From: Psammoneis japonica
Lineage: Eukaryota
Length of the DNA stretch: 64,000 bases
Direction of reading: 5' to 3'
Assembly (NCBI GenBank): GCA_008632985.1
Contig: QPGO01000127.1
Span: forward strand, 62,001 to 126,000
A model generated the notes under the pieces. The model saw only the letters and a list, made by a program, of their open reading frames with translations, searched no databases and was not told the origin of the DNA. A program made the position numbers and the translations under genes. Below, piece after piece: positions 23,469 to 34,284 of the stretch; the first letter of the stretch is position 1; each line of letters begins with the position of its first letter.

Positions 23469-24973
23469 TGTGAAAGCCTCACAAACTGAATCGCCTCTTG
23501 GTGAAGAGACATGTCATATCTCGTTTACGGGATAATGATTTGGTACATCTGCCAGGCATTCGTACAACAAAGAAGTTGATGTCACTTCAGTTATCTCGCA
23601 TGGAATTCACCAACTGTTCGAGCTCATTCAAACTCTGCCAAGTCTTTTAGATCCATCACTCTCTGCGCAGCGACATCAAAATCCAGCTTCGCGATTCGCG
23701 CGACGATAAGTGAAATGCAGATGACGACATTGGGGGGGTTCGCATGGGCCTATACTTTGGAGCGAAGTGAAAGATGATGTGGACCCAATCGCCGCGCGCG
23801 CACACATTGGGGGGACACGTCAGACACCAATGTGAAAGCCGTAGCCTCACAAACGGAATCGCCTCTTGGTGAAGAGACATGTCATATCTCGTTTACGGTG
23901 ACAGGACAATGATTTGGTACATCTGCCAGGCATTCGTGCAACAGAGAAGCTTGATGTCACTTCAGTTGTCTCGCATGGAATTCACCAACTGTTCGAGCTC
24001 ATTCAAACTCTGCCAATCTGTCAGATCCATCAATCTCTCTGCGCAGCGACATCAAAGTCCAGCTTCGTGATTCGCGCGATGACAAGTGAAATCAGATGAC
24101 AACATCAGGGGGGTTCGCACAGGCCCATGCTTTGGAGCGAAGTGAAGGATGATGTGGACCCAATCGCCGTGCGCGCACACATTGGGGGGGCATGTCAGCA
24201 GTGTGAGAGCCTCACAAACTGAGTCGCCTCTTGGTGAAGAGACATGTCATGTCTCGTTCATGGTGACAGGACAATGATTTGGCACATCTGCCAGGCATTT
24301 GCACAACAGAGAAGCTTGATGTCACTTCAGTTGTCTCACATGGAATTCACCAACTGTCCGAGCTCATTCAAACTCTGCCAATGACGGGCTCCAGCATTCC
24401 CAGGTGGGACTCCGTGTGACATTGGGCCCACAGAATTCCACGTGCAAGCTCCGCAGTGAATTTGTGCTGCAATGAAAACACAAATGATTGCCAACAGAAA
24501 AAGAGACAATTTTGCGAATGCATCTCCTCCTCCACGCTTGCAGCACATCATTGATGGTTTGCCCGGGTGTGTTCTTCAGACATCAAAGAATGCACCCAGC
24601 GCATTTTCATTCTCACAAATGTTGAAAATAGAAAGCCTTTGGCTTCACAAAACAGGGAGCATGAAACAATTTTGTAGAGTGCGACACACAGAAATGCACG
24701 TGCGCGACATGCGACACGATCCAAAAAACTGTTGATGTCACAGTGCAGCAATGCGAGGTCCCACCTGGAGCTGGAGCACGTCCAATCTTTTAGATCCATG
24801 ACTCTCTGCACAGTGACATCAAAACCCAGCTTCGCGATTCATGAGACGACAAGTGAAATCAGATGACAACATTGGAGGGGGGTCGCATCGGCCTGCACTT
24901 TGGAGCGAAGTGAAAGATGATGTGGACCCAATCGCCGCATGCTCACACATTGGGAGGGGACACGTCAGACACC
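23469..24973 (+). repeat. Three tandem copies of a ~365-bp unit; the third is interrupted by a MITE
   Basis: Copies start TGTGA(A/G)AGCC at 23469, 23831 and 24202; copy 3 resumes at 24783 after a 400-bp insertion. Confidence 0.92.
24383..24782. mobile_element. 400-bp MITE, copy 2 (4-bp TSD CAAT)
   Basis: TIRs GACGGGCTCCAGCATTCCCAGGTGGGAC / GTCCCACCTGGAGCTGGAGCACGTC; CAAT at 24379-24382 and 24783-24786. The empty site (CTCTGCCAATCT) is visible in tandem copy 2. Confidence 0.92.
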
Positions 24974-27900
24974 CAGCAACTTGTCAAGCCCCCGCCCACT
25001 GCCACATGCGCACCACCTTGCCCATGCTGCATGTGTTCCCAGCATGTGCAAATGCATCTTCAATCAGATTCAAAAACACAGCTCATGATGAGTGGGATGG
25101 GATGTGTCCCACGCATGAGTTTTGGGCATGTCCCTCCAGCCACCTGCTGCAGCTGGTGCTGGTGGGTGTCCAGGCTGTCACATCTTGTGGGGGGATGAAC
25201 TTTTGTTTTTAGGCTGGCAGCACCACGTCTGGAACCCCGCTCCCAACAAGAGCACAGCAAGTTGCAAGAGAGATTTCTCAAATTGCGCAGCTGATTTTTG
25301 CGTGCATTCATGAAATTGCACTCCTGCAACATTTAAACTGAACATGTTTCAACTTGCGTGTGGCCAATCTTTTTTGCATTTTAACATCACAAGCTGACCA
25401 GCCAAGACCCACCTGCCCTGTTTGAAGAATTCTTCCCATTGCGCGCTGCTTCATCAAACAAACAACTTGATGTCAACAACACAAGCTGGCAGCTTGGAAG
25501 AGTTTGAAACCATTCCAGAAGAGCGAGAGCCACACAGCTTCTTGTGTGAAGCCCAAAACATGACACAGGCAGCAACTGGAGAGAGGCTCCCACCTCACAC
25601 TTTTTTGTTCCACCCCAAGTGCTCTCCAGGTGGGGCACATTGACGCGCCATCAGAGCTGGGCATTTTTGAACAAAGACAGGCATGGCACAAAATTTGCTT
25701 GACATTTTTGCACAACAAAAATCATGTTAGAGAAACACTGTTGTGTGGCACAGTTGACACAAGGAGAAAATTGCTCACACACTGGAATTTGCCGCAGTGA
25801 GTTTTTTGGCCATGCTGAAGAGCATGTGAGTGGACCTTGGCCTTTGAGCATGGTGGCATCCAGCCAACAATTGCACTGCAAAGCTTCCGTTTTTTTGTTG
25901 TTTCAAATGTGCAGCTGCTGCTTGTTCTGGGAAACAATTGCCCCAACTTGTCAAAAAAGAGTGCAGCCCAGCTGCAAAGCAAGCGACGCTTGTCATCCAG
26001 CAGCTTGGCTTTTGTGCCAACAGCCTCAGCAGAAGTTGGCCAAAAAAAATGCAGACAAGTTTGGCAGAAATTGGTGGGAAAACAAAAAAATGCAGACAGC
26101 TGTGACACAAGATGAAGCACTGGGCATTTGCAAGGCAATGACTTGTTTGCAAGAGCAGCAGATCTTGCTTTCCTGGTGCTCTGGGTGAGACCTTGTGGTG
26201 CTGGGCCGTGGCAGAACTTTTTTCACATGCTGCACAAAAGCCACGCACATTCCTGCATGCATGAGCACTCTTTTGAAATGTTGTTCTACACACACAGCAT
26301 TTTGCAAAACCAACAAAATTTTGTTTTTCAATGATTTCCAACAGCAGAATCAGGCTGATCACTGACTTCAATGTTCAGTGTCTGAAGAAAGCAACTGAAA
26401 CACCAGAAATGACACAATCCAGGCATGAGCACTTGAAGTCAGCTGCAAAATTGCACCCTTTTTTGTTGGGAGTTGCTGGCCCACTCCTTGCCCAGTGGGC
26501 TCTGAGCAATGTGGAAAACTGCAGATTTCTGCATGTGAGCTCTGCACTCTGCAGTTCATGCACCAGGTGATGAGTGCATTTGTTTTTGACATCTGAGCAA
26601 ATGACCAAGCTTGCGGTGCATTGTTTGTGCCTCTCAACACTCAAAGAAGTTTTTGGAAGTCTGCCTGCATTGTGCAGCTCTGCTGTCAAAGGTTGTCGAG
26701 TTGATTGCCCAATGACTGTGCTCATTTTTATGAGCTCCAATTTGCAGAGAAGTTCACTGTGAGATCTGCTGCATTTTCACATGGTTTGTGCCAATTGCTT
26801 CACAGGGTGACATCATTTGACATCCCCGCCAAACTGTTTTTCTTTGGACACAACACATTTTTGCTGGACAGAGAGAACTGTGGGCACATTTTGCACAGCA
26901 CACAACTTGCAGATTGTTGTGTGCAGGGGTGCAGAGACAACCTTTTGGCAAGTTCCACTGCAGCTGCGCATGATGCAGCCAAGCTGACAGGCAGTGCACC
27001 TCGCTGGTTGATCAGGGGCAGTTGTGCTGCAAAACAATGCAAAATGTCATCAAAGTCATGTGGTGTGCAGAAGTGCATGTGCGCGACACATGGTGCATGA
27101 CAAAAAAGTCAAAGTCAGAGTCAGAGTCAGCGGTGTGAGGTTCCACCCAGAGCTGGAGTGCACTGCCCAGCAACTCTTCTGCAGAGCTTGCACACAGAAC
27201 TTTGTGGTCCTGACATCACAGGGGATGCCTCGGCCCACTTGCATGTTGACAACACAGACTGCACTTGCCAGTGTGGGTCCAATGTGGCACAGCTGTCGTG
27301 AGGTCGCATTGTGGGACCAAAAGAGATGCTGCACAAATTGACCAACAATGAAAAAACATTGACGATGCCTGCAACATGTTCCTGTGCTCAACAACAAGAA
27401 AATCAATGAACAGCAGCCACAATTTTTGCGTTTGTGGTTGCAATTTCCACAGACACCCCATTTGCTCAAACTTTGACCATGCTTCTTTCTGTTGTGCTTG
27501 CTCATTTAAAAGTCACACATCTGGCATTTTTCTGAAAGTTGTTGGTGTTCACAGATTGCAGCTGTGGCTGCATTGAATGTGCAACGTCTCATTGTGTGAA
27601 GTTTCATCTTGTCAAGAGTGCACTCATTTGGTTGGAAGACCTTCCATTTGATTGCCCATTGTCTGCATTTCAGGGTGTTTCTTCTGCACTTGTCTTTCTT
27701 TGCTTTGTTGGACACCACACAACTTCTTGTCTGCCAGCCCATTGTTCCAGCAACAATGGTGTGCCTTTGCTGCAACCTGGTTGCATGTCTCACAACAACA
27801 ACAAGTGTGCTCTCCAGATGTGTGCTCATCTTCCTTCTGGCTTGGCCTCAAGATCTCCCAGCCATTCCCTTGACTTGGTGGGCTCTGATGGGCTCACATC

Positions 27901-30900
27901 TGTCTCCACTCCAGACCTTTGTTTGACGTCAGCATCTCTGGCAATGACTTTTCTTCTGTTTGCTCATCTTCATTTTTGACTGTGCATGACAATCAGCCAC
28001 AGTTTCTTGTTCAGCAAAAGCTGGTTTTTCTTTCCCTGATGCCTCTGCCAGCATTGCACTTGGGTGGCCAACACCTCCAAGAATCCACCAAGTCAGTCAT
28101 TGGCAGCTCTGCCAGTTGGCAAACAAAAACAAACCATTTGCAGCCATTCCCCTGAGACCAGCCCCACCTGCGTGCACCCAAAACCTGTGAAGTGCAGCAA
28201 GGAAATTGCACTTTCATTGAATGACAAAATGGCTGAACTCATTCAAAGCAACAAGCTCAATGGGATCTGTTCTGTCCTCTGTTGCTGGCTGCCTCCTTTG
28301 TCTCAACACCTGTCTGCCATCAGCTCTGTTGGCATGGACAAATCCACATTGAATGTGGCAGCAGAGGAGCTTCTGGAATTGACACACAGACTGAGAGTGC
28401 CGTGGCCAGAGATGGCAAAAGCCCAAGTCTTCACAAGGAATGAAGAGGCCAAAAACTTTCAGGAAACATCAAGGTCATTTCAGCAAGTGAGCCCATTGTC
28501 CACATGCCAAGGAACACAGAGATGAAAAGATTTGGATCTACAAAGCTCATCCAAAGCATGTGGACAAAGTTGGTGATGGCTGCATGACTCTCACCCTGCT
28601 TGCCAGCTGGCATGTGAGTGTGTGGCACAAACAAGTGGCAGCAGTGACAGGAAGGAATGGCGCAAGACCCACACAGTGGTGTGCTGCAAAAAGAAAACCT
28701 TCTTCATGATTTTGTGTGCTGCAGAGTTTTGCTCCTCTTGTGACAAAACAATGTTGGCCGGCAGGTCCTTGCGCAAATCTGCAGTGGTGTGCTGACCTGT
28801 CAAAGAGAGGATGACAGCAAAAGGTTGGAAAGCAGTGTGCACCCAGAATGGAAAAGACAAATTGCTTTCAACAGCAGATTTTGAGCCACCAAGTGGAAGC
28901 TTGGGCTCAGCAGATTTTTGACTGTGTGTGCCAAAAGATTGGCTTTGGAGCCTGGGCTCCATGGCTGATTGCTCCATCAAAGCTGATCCCCAGCACCTCA
29001 GCAGCCACATCTGGCTCTGGCCAGTGTTCTTCAATTCCACACATTCCATGTCATGGCACACACTGAAATCTGTCAATGTGACTGTGTTTTGTGTGGAAGA
29101 CGCAACTGACATGATGCATTTCTCCACAAGTTGCCACGGTGGTGTGTGGTTGTTTTTGGCCACTTCTTTTGACTTTGCAGTTGCAGAAGCAGCAGCACCA
29201 AACAACAATGTGAAGCAGATGCCGTGTGTGTTGTAAAAGAGATGGTGAGCTGTGGTTTCTTTCTTGCCAAAACAGACTTGTTCTGTTCGCAGGATTTTGC
29301 AGCTCTGTCGTGGATCACAAACAGTTTGTGCATGGGGTCACTGAAACAGCTCTGTCTGGCACAGAAACAACCACATGGACCAATTTGGATGTGGTGGATT
29401 CAATGAGAACATTTTTGTGCTGAATGAATTTAGAGTGGTTGAAATGGCTGAGAAGAGGGCACACAGTGACTTTCTTTCAAGTTGATGGTTGCTGAAGTCA
29501 CAACAAGGCTGTGGTTGTTGCACTCAACAAAAAAGAGAAATGACACCTGCAGACTGATCAAAATGTGGCAGTCATGATGGTGTCATTTTTGTTGTCTTGA
29601 GCAGGTGGAACTGCTGTGCATGGTCACCGCCATTGTTTTGTTGGGGCGCGTGCTTCTCTGTGCTGCACTGTCATGTCTGGGCAAAGGAACCCCAAGGGGT
29701 GCTTCAAGCTGGTGGCGAAATCCATTGTGGCACAGAAGCAGAAAGATTCTGAAGTGTTTGGGTTTTGGATTTCCCATGTTTCCATCAATTTGTCAGCCCC
29801 AAAAAACAATCTTTTAGACCCATTTTCCCCTCCAAGAGTGCAGCAGCATTTGGAGAATGCGCCATCAAGGGTGGCAACAAACAAGTCATTGCCAGCCATT
29901 GGCAGAAGCACATGATCCATTTGGGCTTGAAGGTGAGCCACAAAAGTGCTCCATTCTTGGCCTGTGACAGAGACAAGGCACCGAGGCCACCCTTCTCCCA
30001 AAACCTTTCACCAATGGAAGGTGTGACAAGTGCTCTTGTTGGTGAGTGCAAGACCCACCGCAAGAAGCCATGCTCACAAAGGGAGAGTCAGGTGTTGCGC
30101 CAACATCAAGGAGTGATTGGAAATTCATGGCACACCCCCAGCCTTTTGTTTCAAGAGAAAGCCAGCATCTAAAAGAGCATCTTGCTCAACCTTTGATTTC
30201 TCCACTTTGTCAAAAAAACCTTTGATGTTTTCCAGAGCAATCAGCTCACCAGCATGGAGGGTTTGCCTCTGGGCTTTCTGGTGCAAGCTGTCATGACAGC
30301 AATGTCAGCAAGCCTTTCCTTGAGGGTGCTGTGCTTGAACTTGCAAAACAGACAAACCCTCCTCACCTTGCTTTTGAAAGGCAGCATGCACACCCTCCAA
30401 GAAAAGGCACGCCAGTGGAGCAGCACAGGTTTGTCCAATTTGTTGCACAGTGTGTGATGCTGGGTGGCCCCAGTGAGATCCCTGTTCTTGAGCAGCGGAG
30501 CTTCACCCAGCTTGTCAAAAAAGACAAAAATTTCCCACACAGAGGGCAAGACATCATTTGCACTGGCTTGAGCATTGGCTTGGTTTGCAGGAGGTGCTGC
30601 AGCTGCAGCAGTGCAAGGACCATGACTTCAAGGGCTTGCCCTCATGCCTTGCAAAGGAAGTTGGCCTCTTCCTCTGCCACCTCAATGGCCACCCCCACAA
30701 CCTCCACATGGCCACTGTCAAGACCACCACAACCTCTTCTTCCAGCAGCCTGGTGCTGGCAAGTGTTTGGCATGATGACAGCCCAGCAGCAACACAGAGG
30801 TTGTTGTGTGTGTGTGCAAGTGTCATGGCAAAGATTGCTTGCTGCACTCAGAAGTCCCACAAAACTGCAAAAAACACTGTGCACATGAGCACAAATGCAA

Positions 30901-33900
30901 AAATTTTAATCTTGGCAAGAGCAGATTGTTGTTGCAAAGAATGAGGTGTCAACATTCTGCAGACGCAAATGCGCTGCATCTGATTAAACAGTGCTCCACC
31001 CACAGCCACAAACCACATGACAGTTCACAAAAAAATGCCCAACAACATGGGCAGCAGAATGACTCTCATTTGTGTCATTTGAAATTTTTGAAATCATTGC
31101 AAACATGTGTGATTGTAGAAATAAAAAAGAACAGCCACTTGCACAATGAAACATGCAATGATTGCCAGGCTTGCTGGCTCAGCATTGGGCCAAAGCACAC
31201 ATCATTGCCACCACCACACAATGGCATTGCAGGAAGGCACAAACAAAGCCAAGGATTGTGCACACCCTGACAAAAAAAGCCATGAGAAAAGCAAGAGGCC
31301 AGAAGTGTGACATGCAAGCAGGCAGCACTCAGATCATGCAAATGACTGACAATTTTGCCCATGCTTCAAACTCGCATGTGAATTGATGCAAGTGTCAACT
31401 TGCGTTGAACATTGTGCTGCAACATTGCACACAGATGAGCAGAAGCGCATTGTTGTGAAACCATTGGAACATTCAAAACTCACAACATCTCTGCTTTTTC
31501 TGGCAGAGGTGTTTTGCTGTGGCCTTCCTTGCACAATGAATGGTGTGCACACAGCCAATGTAAAGAGAACCAGCAAGATCAATGTGGGGGGTGGACATTC
31601 TCAGAAATGAGCCACATTGGCAATTTGTTGCACATGTGCAGTTGTCAAGATAAAAATCTGACAAGTCACATGCACTGCTCATCATTGTTGTTTCCCACTT
31701 TGCCAATTTGCTTGGTTGTCAGTGCAACAACATTCATGACAATCACACCACAAATGTGCACAAAAATTGCACGCTGCAAGACCAGATTTCAGGTTTTTTG
31801 TCAAGCACAGGTCAACAACTCTGAGCAAGAGCAACAACATTTTCCAGACAGACTGTGAGACAAAGACAAGGCACAGCACTTGCAGCAATGGCCTGTGGTT
31901 CATGCCCCCTGGTTTGCAAAGCTGAAGGCTTTCTGCACTCTTCATTTGTGGCTGCAAAATGGGCCCAGGCAAACCAGAAAGGACCTGCTTTAAGTGCAAT
32001 GAGGACACACATTTGCAAAATTGACTCTTTTTCTGTTGTTGAGCATTCATGTGTCAATTGCTTGGTTTGCTGTGGAGCTTGCACATGTGGAATTCCATGG
32101 GCCCATGTGTCACATGGATTTCTGCCAAGAGAGCCAGAATGTTTCTGGCGCTTCTCAAGGGCCTTCTGCTGCATGGTGATGACAGTCAATGCAGCCAAAG
32201 ATCTGCTCTGATTGTCAAAATGTGCAACTTGCTGATGATGGCTCCATTGGTCAATGGATGACATGAGTTCTCAAAAGAGGCATGTTTGTTGGGTGTGACA
32301 GCAGCTTGCAGGGCTGCAATGCTCCATTGGATCTGGTGGTGCTTGGCTTTTGTTGACATTGTGCCAACATGCTTTGTTTGTCCTTCTTGTTGCAGAGCCT
32401 GTTGCGCTGGCTGTGCAAACAAAATGGCATGGGATGTGCTGCCACTGGCTTGGAGAAGATGTCATCATGTGCTCTCACATTCACAAAGTTGAGTTCCCTG
32501 AGAGGACATTGCTGTTGCTGCTTTGGAAAGAAAAGGGGGTGCTCCTGCTGAACTCCCACACATGGCTGATGCGTGCACTTCAGCTCCTCAGCAAGGGGCT
32601 GTTTGCTGTCGCTGGCCTGCCACACAGCTCAGCCATGACAAGGGTGCCTCGAGCCAATTTGATGCGTTGCCACAACAAGATTGGACTTTTCTGTGTGCTT
32701 TCACACCATCACTGCTTTCAGAGCTCAGAGGGAGAGTGTGCTTTCTTTCAAACAGAGGATCCCCTCCTTGTGCACCCAAGAGCATCGCAGCCACTGTGAG
32801 ACATGTTTTTCTCTTCGCCAGCGGTGCTGATTTCTTTGCATTCTCCTCTTGCTCCATTTGGCACAAGCAACATGTTGACTCTCATTTTGCTCTGGGTTTT
32901 TGTTGCTCTTCTTCTTCAGAATCTCCAAAACACAAGTGCTGTCATTGGAAAGCGAGTTTTGTCAGTGCAGGCAAAACATTCCCACAAAGGATGTTCCCAA
33001 GATGTGGGTCGCTCATCCAGGCTCACATTGTCACACAAGCATGGGCCCTTGTCAATGTCATCTGCTGACCTGCCATCAGGGTGTTGCTGTGCTGATGATC
33101 ATGCAAAACTGCAGCTGGCAGGAGTGTCTGTTGTTGGGAGTGTTGCGTGCATGGACCAAAGACAACATGACACCCTGGTCATCATGAAAGCACAGACTTC
33201 AGCTTTTCACATGAACAAAGGGGGAAGACATGTTTTGCTGCAAAAAGTCAGCTCAGTTGTGAGTGCACTTGCTTTGTCCTGTTGCAAGAAGCTGTGCCAA
33301 CTGCAGGAAGCATGTGGGCTGGGCTCTTGTTTCGCGCTGCAGAGCTCCAGGTGACACATGTGGAGCCCTCCCAGGCCTGGGACTGGAATGCATTTGAAGA
33401 AGAGAGGCATTGTCATCTGCCCATGATGCTCCTTCAACTTGTTTGGCACACCAGCATGACTGTGTTGCACACAGCTTGGAGCCTCAGCATGAATTGTGAG
33501 AAGTTCTGGCTCTGGCTCAAATGTCGTTGCAAACAAGGGGTTTTTGGGGGGGGCGAGCCCCGCCACACACCAAGTCTCAAGTGCCTGGCACCTTTGCTCA
33601 CACCAGCTGCAGCAACAGAGAGGGGCAACAGACACAGCTGAGAAGAAGCTGGGTGGGAATGAAGACGTGCAAGGCAGGCATTTGCCTCTCTGTCCAAGTC
33701 AGCAGCACATCGTCTGCCGCAAACAAAATGCGTGCAGCGCCGCACCTCTCTTCTTTGCTGCTGCTGCTTGATCAGCTTGTTGGCACATCTCACACACTTG
33801 TCAGTTTGTTGCATTGGTGTGGTCATTTTGATGTGTGCTCTGAAGTTAAAGTCACTGTCTCTGGCTCGCTTCCGTCCGTTGGCTTTTTTGGCTGCCAGAG

Positions 33901-34200
33901 TGTTTGTTGAAAAAGAGAGCCGGGGGGAGTGCAAAAGCACTCCTCTCTCACCACTGCAAGACACAACAAGGGGGGTGTCAAACATCTTCCCAAAAACATC
34001 TTCACTTCCTCAAGCAAAAGTCTTTCAACCTGTGTCTGTTTTCTTACCTTCACAATCCAGACTGCTGGCTTTGGCTTGTGGTGTGGCGCCTGCGCGATTG
34101 GTGAATGCGCGAGACAGCTGGAAGGTGTCGAGATGCAACGGGCGCGCGCGCGCGGGGCCGAGCGATGAATTTTCGAAGAATTTCTGCGGCGGATCAAAGC
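24974..34200. mobile_element. Long, heavily degenerate unclassified repeat tract depleted of both TpA and CpG
   Basis: About two dozen TA dinucleotides in ~9 kb by eye, few CG, and an excess of TG/CA. Only short Cys/His-rich spurious ORFs. Confidence 0.6.
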
Positions 34201-34284
34201 GATCTGGCTGGCACAAACATTCTAAACAGCACAAGGCAAAACATCAAGAGGACATCCTTCTCACAAAATCTTGAGAGAAAGTGA

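Noticed and set aside
23469..24973. Repeat array as CRISPR or as LTRs
   Set aside because: The units are ~365 bp and head-to-tail, with no spacers, PBS or PPT, in a eukaryotic context.
24974..34200. Dense overlapping Cys/His-rich ORFs in all six frames read as novel metal-binding proteins
   Set aside because: They are a by-product of TAA/TAG loss and TG/CA excess; they lack Tyr, mostly end in TGA and show no coherent domains.
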